DNA of 64,000 nt from Octopus vulgaris (taxonomy: Eukaryota). The notes under the pieces were generated by a model. It saw only the letters and a list, made by a program, of their open reading frames with translations. It made no database searches and had not been told where the DNA came from. The position numbers and the translations under genes were made by a program. The stretch's first letter is position 1. Each line of letters begins with the position of its first letter. Positions 11,483 to 25,640 of this stretch are shown here, one piece after another. The stretch is taken from assembly GCA_951406725.2 (NCBI GenBank), contig OX597824.1, forward strand, positions 80,600,001 through 80,664,000, read 5' to 3'.

Positions 11483-11915
11483 ATATTTAGCCCTAGGAAG
11501 CATCGACGCTTCCTGTCGGCCTTGACACATATCCTTTGTCCTTATATATTTACGAAGAGGAGACAAACACCCCCAACAGCTAGGCCTGCATCTAGAAACA
11601 TGCATGTTTCTGGGTCTTGCCCGTCATCAGTCTAGACTTTGTACATATATATATTTTCAGTGAAGTTTATTCACTGATCACCAAAATCAGAAATATTAAA
11701 TTTCTAAATATCTCATAGAGATATGTGCGGTGGTGGAGCGATAGAGTGGTTGTATACTGTTAACTTAACGTGACAGTCCCCTTCGTAAATATATAAGGAC
11801 ACAGGAAATGTGTCAAGGCCGACAGGAAGCGACGATGATTCCTAGGGCTAAATAGCGGTAGTGTAATTTCCCTTTACGGCACTGTTACGGTAAGTTGACA
11901 GTATATAACCACACT
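11483..11915. mobile_element. Nested inverted arrangement of the hammerhead-bearing element family seen at 3473-3680
   Basis: 11487-11557 is the reverse complement of 11781-11852, and 11746-11780 approximates the reverse complement of 11877-11912. Confidence 0.7.
11591..11636 (-). ncRNA. Minimal type-I hammerhead ribozyme motif
   Basis: Reverse complement reads TCTAGA-CTGATGA-cGGG(caaga)CCCa-GAAA-CATGCATG-TT-TCTAGA. Canonical CUGAUGA/GAAA core, palindromic helix III, GUU triplet. Confidence 0.75.
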
Positions 11916-12096
11916 CTCTCTATGTATATATATTTAATTTGTGTATTCGCATAATTGCCTCCGTATCTGCTCCCCTTATAGTCACTCTTTTTTCGCCCCG
12001 TGGGATTTGTCCCTCGTAAAGACATCTGAGTCTAAGTTCGATTCATCTCAGCCTTACTAAGTGTTTTCTATTCAGAGAATCTCCGAATCACATGTA

Positions 12097-12148
<52 letters not shown>

Positions 12149-12409
12149 TAGATTAGAGAAAAAAACACTATTCGACAATTCAAACAGTGAAAAACATAAA
12201 CCAAAACATAGAAATAAAATCAATTTATATAAAATATAAAATTCAAAATTTAAATAATTTAAATTTAAAGTTAAGAATTAAAAAATATTAATTTATATTT
12301 ATAAATTTTATATATATGTATTTATTTTTATTTTATTAAATATATATAACTATCAAAAAGTATAAAAAGTTATATATATATATATACACATACAAACATA
12401 CATACATGC

Positions 12410-12493
<84 letters not shown>

Positions 12494-12855
12494 ATGTATA
12501 TATGTCTGTGTATGTCATTTCGCTTGTATTTGTTTCCTTTCTACTTACCTTTTGGAAACTGGTGTTGGCTTGTTTATCTCATCGTAACGTAACAGTCGGG
12601 CAAAAGTGACCGATATATTAAGTATCATATATAGAAAAAAAAAAAAGTAAAAAAAAACTACATTTGGGTCGATTTGTCGGACTAAACCCTTCAAAGTAGT
12701 GCTCCAGCTTAGCCGCAGTCCATTTACTAAAACAAGTAAGAGATAAAAGACAGTGTGAGTTTGATTGGCGCTAAGCTTTGGGATCGAACTGTGCCGGTGT
12801 TCATCGTATGGTTTGAACCATTTTTTCAAACGGTTAACCTGCGGATTACCTTTAC

Positions 12856-13083
12856 CGGCGAGCTGGCACAAACGTTAGCACGCCGGGTGAAATGCGTAGC
12901 CGTATTTCGTCTGCTGTTACGTTCCGAGTTCAAATTCCGCCGAGGTCGACTTTGCCTTTCATCCTTTCAGGGTTGATAAATTAAGTACCAGTTACGCACT
13001 GGAGTCAATGTAATCGACTTAATCCCTTTGTCTGTCCTTGTTTGTCCCCACTGTGTTTAGCCTCTTGTGGGTAGTAAAGAAAT
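12856..13083 (+). mobile_element. SINE family A monomer
   Basis: Full-length match to the family consensus within the window. Confidence 0.9.
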
Positions 13084-13107
13084 GTATATCTGGAATACTC
13101 AGCCATG

Positions 13108-13509
13108 TACTCTCTACTCTTTACTCTTTTACTTGTTTCAGTCATTTGACTGCGGCCATGCTGGAGCACCACCTTTAGTCGAGCAAATCGACCCCGGGAC
13201 TTATTCTTTGTAAGCCCAGTACTTATTCTATCGGTCTCTTTTGCCGAACCGCTAAGTTACGGGGACGTAAACACACCAGCATCGGTTGTCAAGCAATGCT
13301 AGGGGGACAAACACAGACACACAAACACACACATATATATATATATGTACCACAGGCTTCTTTCAGTTTCTGTCTACCAAATCCACTCACAAGGCATTGG
13401 TCGGCCCGGGGCTATAGCAGAAGACACTTGCCCAAGATGCCACGCAGTGGGACTGAACCTGGAACCATGTGGTTGGTTAGCAAGCTACTTACCACACAGC
13501 CACTCCTGT
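13108..13509 (-). mobile_element. SINE family B, full length
   Basis: Head caggagtggctgtgtggtaag through the (aaaagagt)n tail. Confidence 0.9.
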
Positions 13510-14124
13510 ACTTCATTTTTTTTTTTTAATTTTGACAGTAGACCACTATGGTTTAAGAGAGACCCAGTAGAATTCCCTCCACCTGACAGGCACTTTATTT
13601 TGCGGATTCTAAATGTATGAAAGGCAAAACAGACCTCGTCAGAATTTCATCTCAGAACGTAAAGTATCGTGGTCGCGAATGAAATAAACACTCCCTGCCT
13701 CACATTGCTTTGATTAATTATTAGATGCGGACCACCATTTTGAATATCGGATTATCGGAAGGACGGTGATGTTAATCTTATTATCGCGTCTCAACTAGTG
13801 TCTTTTTTTATAGCTAAATACCTGGGGAATAGCTTATCGTGAGATCTGTTTGATTTTTTTAAATGCCTATTGCTATTCCTCTTATGTACATACATTTGTG
13901 TGTATGTGTGTGTGTGCATGTATGCGTGTACGTGTAGTTTTATATATTCATCATGAAGTAATTTCACCGAATGGATCTTCTTCATTTGAGCTGCATGGAA
14001 GCTATACATTGCATTTCTCTGTAATGCATTATTATGTGGACTGATAGCCGAGTCCGTTCAGAGCAGCTTTATTTGATGGACACGCGATTCTCTGAATATA
14101 CTTATACTACAAATCTATCAACAA

Positions 14125-14221
<97 letters not shown>

Positions 14222-14279
14222 ATTATTCCTCTCCTCCTCTCTCTCTCACTTTATATATATATATATATTTATATGCTTG

Positions 14280-15800
14280 CGCAGTGATGGCTGTGTGGGT
14301 AAGACGCTTGCTTCCAACCAGATGGCTTCTGGTTCAATCCTACAGCGTGGCGCTTTAGACAAGTGTCTTACAGCCTGAGGCTAAATACTCGCGAGTGGAT
14401 TTAGTAGACGGAAACTGAAAGAAGCTTGTCGCATATATATATATCTTTCATAATTTTGGGGGTCGATAAATTAAGTACCAGTTGTGTAATGGGTTGATCT
14501 AATCGACTAGCTCCCTCCCCCATATTTTCGGGCCTTGTGCCTAGAGTAGAAAAGAATAGAAGAGCAGTGAGCTTGCAGAATCGTTAACACGCCGGAGAAA
14601 ATCCTTATCTGTATTTCGCCAGTCTTTACATTCAGAGTTCAAATTCCCCCATGTTTCGGTTTTGCATTTTATCCTTTCGGGGTCAAATAAGTACCAGTTG
14701 AGCAGAGGTATATATGAAATTGAATATCATCCGCCCCCCCCCCAAATTTTAGAGCTTTAACATATAATAGAAAGGATTATGTGTCTCATGTATTCTTCGT
14801 TCGTCCTTTTACATTTTGGGTCCTTCCGTGGTTGACTTTAATTTTCATCATTTCAGGGTCAATTAAAGAAGTAGCAGTTGAGCAGAGGAATCTATGTAAT
14901 AGACTTTTCTTTGCACATCCAAAATTTCAGGGCTTTAACATACCGTAGAAAGGGTCATGTATGTAATGGTGTTCTTCATTTGAGTAAAATGGCGGTAAGA
15001 TAGCAGAATCGTAAGGCGTCGAGCTGGCAGAAACGTTAGTACGCTGGACGGAATGCTTTGCGGTATTTCGTCTGCCGCTACGTTCAGAGTTCAAATTCCG
15101 TTGAGGTCGACTTTACTTTTCATCCTTTCGGGGTCGATTAAATAAGTACCAGTTACGCACTGGGGTCGATATAATCGACTTAACCCGTTAGTCTATCCTT
15201 GTTTGTCCCCTCTGTGTGTAGCCCCTTGTCGGGCAAAAATACTTAGCGGCATTTCGCCTGTCTTTATGTTGTGAGTTCAAGTTCTGGCGAGGTAGACTTT
15301 TCTTTTCATCCCCTTGGGATCGATTAAATAAGTACCAGTTACGCACTGTGGTCGATATAATCGACTTAATCCGTTTGTCCGTCCTTGTTTGTCCCCTCTG
15401 TGTTTAGCCCCTTGTGGGTAGTAAAGAAATAGGTATTTTTTCAGGGAGATTTTGTCGCTATTTCTATAGGCCGAGAGCGAACACATAAACACACCTACAT
15501 TGTTATTGAACGAATATATATGATTAAAGGCTTTCCAACCATGATCAACACTGTTTTTTTTTTCGGAGCGGGCACATCCTTTCATCCTTTCGGGGTCGAT
15601 TAAATAAGTACCAGTTACGCACTGGGGTCGATATAATCGACTTAACCCGTTAGTCTATCCTTGTTTGTTCCCTCTGTGTGTAGACCCTTGTGGGCAATAA
15701 AGAAATAAGGTGGACTTTACTTTTCATCCTTTCGCGGTCGATAAAATAAATAGCAGTTGAAGACTGGTATCGATGTAATTGATTCTCTTCCACACCCAAC
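14280..15800 (+). mobile_element. Cluster of SINE A copies and fragments, preceded by a degraded SINE B head
   Basis: Repeated atcctttcggggtcga/ataagtaccag cores at about 14460, 14670, 14850, 15120, 15310, 15590 and 15730. Confidence 0.8.
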
Positions 15801-15891
15801 ATCTTAGCTTTTCATCTTTTCGGGGGTTAATAAGATAATTAGCCCTCTGCTTATAATAGGAAGATCTTCATTTAGACAAGAAGAATAAAGT

Positions 15892-16315
15892 GGATCTTTT
15901 CCTTTTGAACGGCAGTTTTTTAAAATAATTTCCACGTAACTAAACACTTTTAAACTTCGTATACTGGTAGAATGTGTTTATAAAACATCATTTTTTTCCT
16001 GGCTTTATTGAGAAAATTCTATATGTTGTAACATATTTCATCTTTAATTTCGAGCATTTCGGCAATTTTAACCAATCGCTGACCTCCATTCATTATGCAC
16101 CGAATGTTATTTACCTAAATGGTGGTCAGCGATTGGTTAAAATTGCCGAAATGCTCGAATTTAAAGACGAAATATGTTACAACATATAGAATTTCCTCAA
16201 TAAAGCCAAGAAAAAAATGATGTTTCATAAGCACATTCTACCAGTATACGAAGTTTAAGAGTGTTTAGTTGACTAGAAATTGTGTTGAAAAGTGCCGTTC
16301 AAAAGGAAAAGATCC
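15892..16315. mobile_element. MITE / non-autonomous TIR transposon with about 200-bp TIRs and an 8-bp TSD
   Basis: Begins ggatcttttccttttgaacggca and ends tgccgttcaaaaggaaaagatcc. Exact TSD AATAAAGT at 15884-15891 and 16316-16323. Confidence 0.9.
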
Positions 16316-16859
16316 AATAAAGTAATACTTAAATGAAACACCCGCAAAATACATGTCACAATACTTTAGTTGTAAATCAATATCAAACCGTACAAGTGGT
16401 ACATGCTGCGGTCATTGCTAGACAATTAATTGCGGTGCGAAATCATGGGCCGTGCGTCATGAATCAGTCGTTTCTTTAAATAACAGATTTATTCGGATTC
16501 AATTTTCCATCTTGCATCAGAATGACATCATCTCAGAATTTGATGAGATGTGGTCATTTCGTTTTTTAAACGAAGTGGAAAACAATTAAACCATCTTGGA
16601 AATACGCCCGAGGAACCACCTATCTGAATCCAAATATATACCGTTAAGATTAGTTTGTGTATGTGTGTATAAATACATACATGCACTCAACCACACACAC
16701 ACATATATATGTATAGATACATTATATATATTATATGTGTTTGTGTGCGTGAGTGTGTGTACGTGTATTTGTTTATAAGTATACATATGTTCATTTAGCT
16801 ATTTAGAAGTAACATCCGCCTCAGAACAAACATATACTGATAGGATAAACACAAACGCA

Positions 16860-18935
<2,076 letters not shown>

Positions 18936-20601
18936 ACACTCAAATACATAGAAATGCCAAACCGCCTGCAGCCAACGTCACCCGTCCCTTTAGCCACCCA
19001 TCAAACACCACCACCACTATCGTCACCCATCTCTACAACCTCGGCCACCGCCACAACCCTGCTCTCGGTTGCACGTGCAATAAAATTACTGTTAAACCAG
19101 CAACAACAACAACAACAACAAGGACAAATGCTGACAATAACCACAGCAACAACAACAACAACTACGAGATCGACAGCACGAAAAACAATACAAAAAAAAT
19201 CAACAACAACAACAAAAAAAAAAGAAGCAAAACAAAAGATCTAACAATAAGCAAACATTAAAACAAATCAGTCACGAGTCCAAAAGCTGCAACAAGAACA
19301 ACAGCAACAACAACAACAACAACATGGACAGCAGAAATATCAATGATGGCAAGAATAACAACAATAACTAGAAGAACAGCAATAAAAAAAAACAACAACA
19401 ACATCAGCGGTCGCAGCTGCAAGATAAAACAGTGACAACGGCCACGACCACCACTACCAACACCACCGATATAATGCCACCATCATCACATCACCATAAC
19501 AACAACATCAACAACAACAACAACAACGGCAGAAGCCAGCACCAGCAGATATAATACAGTGAAATCGTAAAGAAAATTCTTGATGAATAATAAATGAAGA
19601 GAGAGAGAGAGAGAGAAGAAGAAGGGTGTATAGAGGGTGGTGGTGGTGGTGGTGGTGAGGCGAGTGGTTGGAATGGTTGAGAGGGTGGGTGGAAAAGGTG
19701 TTGGTGGTGTAGGGTTGGGTGTAAAGTGGGAGGTAAAGGTGCTGTGACGTGGAGGGAAGCGGGGCGACTAGGAAGAGGTAGAAGTTCATGAAGAAGAATT
19801 AGAAGAATTAGATGAAGAATATGAAGAATACGAAGGGGGTGTAGGAGGAGAAGAACGGGGATGGAGTGAAAAAAAAATGGAAGTGGTAGGGAAAGAGGAA
19901 GAGGAAGAGGAGAAGTGGAAAAGAGGCGTTGTGTAAACGAAAGGGTTTGTTGATAAAGTACGTTCATCTGACTAGCGCCATTCATCAAATGAGACAGCGC
20001 CGGCCGCTGGCTCTCAGGCAGACTCTTGCTTGTAATAAGGCTTTTCGCTCTGACAACCTACCCAAGCGTTACAAAAAGCGACTCCAATGATAGCTGCTCA
20101 ACACCACATACACATACACATATGAGCATACACACACACAGAAGTACAGATGCAAACACGCATACACATACACACACACATACGCAAACATACATAACGT
20201 ACATGCACAGACACGGTCATTTCGTCACTTCCACTTTCGGTTTCACTTTCGTTCGTGCACATACAGATACGGACACAGAGGTACGCATACATATATATAT
20301 ATATATATACATTCTTACATATCAAGCGCAATGTACTCATACAAACTTAAACACATACGCTCATACGCACATATACAGATGCATACATATATATATATAT
20401 AGACGTACATATAACTATGTGTATACAGATGCAAACATACACAGGCACGCACATACACATACGTAGACACGTGTAATGAAAGAAATCGTAACAGACATTA
20501 GAGAGATCAATACTGATCTGGCCTGCGGATTCTCCTGGGAAAAGTATCACGACAGGCATGAATCGGAAATTATGATAAAGGATAAACGCGTGTATATGTG
20601 C

Positions 20602-20632
<31 letters not shown>

Positions 20633-21129
20633 TGTATGTATGTATGTATGTATGTATGTATACATGCATGTATATATGATTGTGTGTGTGTGTATATGTT
20701 TCTATGTTTCAATGTATCTATGTGTCCATGTATGTATATATGTATGTGTGTATGCATGTATGGATGCATGTATCTATGTATGCATGCATATATATGTGAT
20801 TGTGTGTGTGTGTGCATGCTTCTATGTTTCAGTGTATTTATGTGTCCATGTATGTATGGATGTATGTATGAATGTATGAATGTATGTATGTATGTATGTA
20901 TGTATGTATGGATGTATGTATGTATGTATGTATGTGTGTATGAATGTATGTGTGTATGTATGTGTGTATATATGTATGTGTGTATGTATGTACATATGTA
21001 TGCATGTATGTATTTATACATGATTATATGTATGCATTTATGCCCTTCTTTCTCCCCTCTCTCTCTCTCTTTCTTTCTTTTTCTCACCCTCTCTCTCTCT
21101 CTCTGTCTATCTATCTTGCTAGTTAGCCA

Positions 21130-21640
21130 TATAAGGTTCATTCCAGAAGTTTTGCGACTTTTTTCAGACAAGACCTTTATTAATTTCAAAGTACAAAACA
21201 CTAAACACCTCCAAAGTAGGATACTCTGACTTCAATGTACTTGTTGTAGCGGTTCAACCATTACATGGAGGATCCATGGAAGTCCTTCAAAGTGAAGGAG
21301 TCCAGGGCCCATGTCACCGCCCCCGTCATTTTCTCAATGATTTCAAAACGACTGTTCCTGAGGTGATCCTTCAGCTTGGTAAGCAATCAACAGTTATGGA
21401 GTAAAGTCTGGACAAAAGGGGAAGGTGAGAAAGAGTTGTGATCCTCATCTCTGTCAGTCAGTTGGTTATCAAGATGAAATTACGGACCTGTGCATTGTCC
21501 TTGTGCCAACGTCACCGACCCGAGTGCGGAAGTTCTGAACTTTTGAAACGAAATCTTTTTATAAACCCCTTCAAAACCTCACCAAGTACTCTTAACTGAC
21601 CGTCTGAACAGAGGGAACCCAGTCTCGACCGCATTCTGCA
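21130..21640 (-). mobile_element. Mariner-like transposon remnant (transposase C-terminal half plus TIR-like end)
   Basis: Minus-strand translation WHKDNAQVRNFILITN*LTEMRITT...KLKDHLRNSRFEIIEKMTGAVTWALDSFTLKDFHGSSM*WLNRYNKYIEVRVSYFGG, matching the mariner HxDNA...W..RY.KC....G.YFE pattern. Confidence 0.75.
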
Positions 21641-21768
21641 CACTAGTCGGCTGTGACAATGTTAAGTAGGGTGTGTTCAAAATTCTGTTACAGCCGTCTC
21701 TTTCAATCTGGAATAGCAAAATATGGCAAGTTCGCTTGTAAGATATATAGTTATAATATACTAAAATT

Positions 21769-22061
21769 GTGGAGGCGCAATGGCCTAGTGGTTAGGGCAG
21801 CGGACTCGCGGTCGCAGGATCGCGGTTTCGATTCACAGACCGGGCGTTGTGTGTGTTTATTGAGCGAAAACACCTAAAAGCTCCACGAGGCTCCGGCAGG
21901 GGGTGGTGATCCCTGCTGTACTCTTTCACCACTCTTTCTTCTGTTGGCCTGCTCGCTTAGCCAGCGGGGTGGCGTCATTCGAAGGCTAAAACAATGCGAA
22001 CGCATTGTGACCAGCGATGTGTAACAACATCTGATCGTCTGGTCGGTCACGTGATCACGTG
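21769..22061 (+). mobile_element. SINE family C, tail type 2
   Basis: Family C head followed by a different tail (ggcctgctcgcttagccagcgggg...cacgtgatcacgtg). TSD atactaaaatt on both sides. Confidence 0.9.
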
Positions 22062-22530
22062 ATACTAAAATTACCATAATCTCGAGTCGTTATGTCTACC
22101 ACTCCTAAAGAAGTCCCAAAGTTTCTGGAAATCACCTCGCGCGTGTGCGTGTAAGGTGCCACACCCACTGACACAAGCACAAATGGCATTCTAGAAGTTC
22201 TGGGACTTTTAAGGATATATGTGTGTGTGTGTGTGCTTGTATCCATATTTGAAAACAGACGTACACTCAAAAGTAGACACCTCCTTCCACTTGCGCATGC
22301 ATTTTTGTTGTTTGAGAATGAACTGAAATCCGAAAGCTGGAACTCAGATCCGAAAGCTGACAAATAGAAAAAAACATTCTGTTGACTATTCTTTGAAGTA
22401 AAATGTAATAGGGAAGTAACACATTACTTTGTTGCCAAAGATAAAACCCTGTTTAAAAAACCTAGCAGAGGAAACTGAAAGTGTATTCAGAAATTTATTT
22501 AATACAAAATTTACCTCAGTTCTACATTTG

Positions 22531-22756
22531 AAAGATGAGGAATTATGTACATTATTTATATTATTTACACTTGACGTATATTTGTCCATCTCTTGTTTGT
22601 TGCTAACACAATAAGAATAACATCTAAAAATACCTTAGGAATGAGGACCCAGGTTCGAAATTTCCACAAGACACCTGATGAAGGCTGGAGGGTATATCAG
22701 TTAACAACAAACAAGATGAGTACAAATATCCGTCAAATGTAAATAATGTAAATAAA
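22531..22756. mobile_element. Penelope-like pLTR fragment in an inverted arrangement, with a partly deleted hammerhead (22671-22700)
   Basis: 22545-22610 is inverted relative to 22700-22755. ACAC-CTGATGA-AGGCTG..CAG is present but the GAAA segment is deleted. Homologous to 6715-6890. Confidence 0.6.
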
Positions 22757-22865
22757 GTTTATTTCTTTGGCAAAAGCTACAATACAATACCCCACAACGA
22801 AAAGTTTTGCTTCAAAACTAACAAGAAATTTTCACAAATAAGAGACTTGGAAAGTTCAAAATTAT

Positions 22866-23221
22866 TTCTTATTTCTTTACTGCCCACAAGGGGCTACACA
22901 CAGAGGGGACAAACAAGGACAGACAAACGGATTAAGTCGATTATATCGATCCAGTGCGCAACAGGTACTTATTTAATCGACCCCGAAAGGATGAAAGGTA
23001 AAGTCGACCTCGGCGGAATTTGAGCTTAGAACATAACGGCAGACGAAATACCTATTTCTCTACTACCCACAAGGGGCTAAACACAGAGAAGACAAACAAG
23101 GACAGACAAACGGATTAGGTCGATTACATCGACCCCAGTGCGTAACCGGTATTTAATTTATCGACGAAATACCGCAAAGCATTTCGCCCGGCGTGCTAAC
23201 GTTTCTGCCAGCACGCCGCCT
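22866..23221 (-). mobile_element. SINE family A dimer
   Basis: Two tail/core units plus a head in reverse orientation. Confidence 0.85.
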
Positions 23222-23334
23222 TAAAAAAAAGTTCAAATCTTGTCTCTACCAAACTATGAATGAAATGAAAATTACATTAACACCTTTCAAAACGCACTAG
23301 ACGAATACGGCAGGTCCAGGTGGACCTGCCAGGC

Positions 23335-23620
23335 TGTCTGGTGACGAGTCGGTTCGGCTGACTTCAGCAATCGCCCCATTGTCCTCGGGTTCCCGCTATT
23401 TTTCCCCACGTTGCTTCAAACATTTTTCTGAAATCATCTTCCCACCTGATTGGAGGTCTCCGAGTGTTCTCTTTTCCAAATGGAAAGAGTCGAATACGAT
23501 TCTGTTGTACAAGAAGGTCTATAATGAAGATCTTAAGAAGTATCGTCATCATCTGCACCTTGTCTCATATTTACAAGCAGTTCTCGACGATAATCACCGG
23601 GCAAACTGTTTCAACAATGA
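23335..23620. mobile_element. RTE-clade LINE fragments joined in opposite orientations
   Basis: Minus strand: RRPPIRWEDDFRKMFEATWGKIAGTRGQW (ORF2 C-terminus). Plus strand from about 23475: KWKESNTILLYKK..EDLKKYR/ICTLSHIYKQFSTIIT (start of the RT domain). Confidence 0.7.
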
Positions 23621-24366
23621 ATATGTTCTACCCTTCATTCATTCAAACATTATATACATGCTACATGAAAAGGCAAAGTATATGTAGAATCTAGCTAGAA
23701 TCATTTATAACAGGTTGTTATTAAATGATTATTTCAAAGTTTTGTCACAAGGGTAGTTTGGGGGAGGTGGGAATTACATCCATCCCAGTGTTCAAATGGT
23801 CCTTATTTTATCGACCTCGAAAGAATGAAAGGCAAAGTCGACCGCGGCAGAATTTGAGCTCAGAACGTAACGACGGGAGAAATGCTGCTAATCATTTCGT
23901 CCAGCGATGCTAACGATTCTGCCATCTCGCCACCTTCCGAGGTTATTATTAAATAATAGAAAAAAAAATACTTAAACAATCCGTAGGCGTAGGAGTGGCT
24001 GTGTGGTAAGTAGCTTGCTTACCTTACTACAGAAGAGTTCGTGCTGCTCGGAAGTTGCGTCTTTCGACGCGAAAATTCGAACATTTGAAGTACGACCACA
24101 GGTAAGGCATTTGTTTTTTTTTTGGGGGGGGCACTTAGTGAGGTCTGTTGTACCTATGGGTAAAGTTTTTTTCGAATAAGGGTCTCCACTGAGTTCCAGA
24201 CATGTCTTTGCCAGTGTAATTGCAAAATCAAATAGTTATAAACGCACAACTGCTATGGAAATCTATGAATTCAAGATTTTCAGAACTTCCACACCTGAAT
24301 TTAAATGTAGTGGAATAGTGTCTGTGATCATCTCGTACTTAAACGATAAAAATGTTTGGCACAGAA

Positions 24367-24598
24367 GGCGGCGAGCTGGCAGAACCGTTAGCACGCCGGG
24401 CGAAATGTGTAGCCGTATTTCGTCTGCCGCTACGTTCTGAGTTCAAATTCCGCCGAGGTCGACTTTGCCTTTCATCCTTTCGGGGTCGATTAAATAAGTA
24501 CCAGTTACGCACTGGGGTCGATGTAATTGACTTAATCCCTTTGTCTGTCCTTGTTTGTCCCCTCTATGTTTAGCTCCCTGTGGGCAATAAAGAAATAG
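24367..24598 (+). mobile_element. SINE family A monomer with TSD
   Basis: Flanked by aaaatgtttggcaca on both sides. Confidence 0.9.
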
Positions 24599-25039
24599 AT
24601 TAAAATGTTTGGCACAAAAAAGTCTACAATACAAATTTAAGAACAAGCGCATATTGAACACGGAGCAAAATTCAACGTAAGCGTACATGTGTGTATTAAA
24701 AGTTGTGAAATGGTAGAATCGTATCCGATCTGTGCTTTGAACTCAAGATCCAATCATGCACAACTATATTTTTTATTCTTTCAGGGTTGACAAAAGAGTG
24801 AAGTTTCATGAAGTGTGGATTGATACAATAGAAAGATGACATGTTATTGCATCATAATCTAATTCCAAAGTCACAAGGAAACAGAAAAAGAAAGGGTGGG
24901 GTTAAGCAGCAGAAGGTAGGGAGACAGGGGGCAATGGGGCATTGAGGTATTTGGTCCGGCTCTTAATGTTCTGACCACAAGATCACCCTGTAGTCAGCTT
25001 TGCCTTTTTATTCTTCTAAGGTTGATGAAATAATCTGTC

Positions 25040-25640
25040 CTACACTAAGCACAAGGCCCAAAATTTCTGGGGAGGGGGCCAGTCGATTAGATCGACCCCA
25101 GTACACAACTGGTACTTAATTTATCTACCCGAAAGTATGAAAGGCAAAGTCGATCTCGGCAGAATTTGAACTCAGAACGTAATGACAGACGAACTATTGC
25201 TAAGCATTTCGCCCGGCGTGCTAACGTTTCATATTTCTTTATTGCTCAGAAGGGGCTAAACGTAGAGGGGACAAGCAAGGACAGACCAAGATTACATCGA
25301 CCCCGGTGCGTAACTGGTACTTAATTTATCGACCCCGAAAGGATGAAAGGTAAAGTCGGCCTCAGCGGAATTTGAAATCAGAGCGCAACGGCAGACGAAA
25401 TACCTATTTCTTTACAACCCACAAGGGGCTAAACACAGAGGGGACAAACAACGACAGACAAACGGATTAAGTCGATAATATCGACACCAGTGCGAAACTG
25501 GTACTTATTTAATCGACCCCGAAAGGATGAAAGGCAAAGTCGGCCTCGGGGGATTTGAACTCAGTACGTAAAGACAGACGAACTACTACTGCTAAGCATT
25601 TCGCCCTGCGTGCTGACGTTTCTGCCAGCTCACCGCCTTA
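25040..25640 (-). mobile_element. SINE family A trimer with mixed tails
   Basis: Three cores in reverse orientation, head at about 25635. Confidence 0.85.

Noticed and set aside
21769-21845. tRNA-like sequences (also the heads of SINEs A, B and D)
   Set aside because: They are SINE heads with an imperfect cloverleaf that continue into repeat bodies, not tRNA genes.
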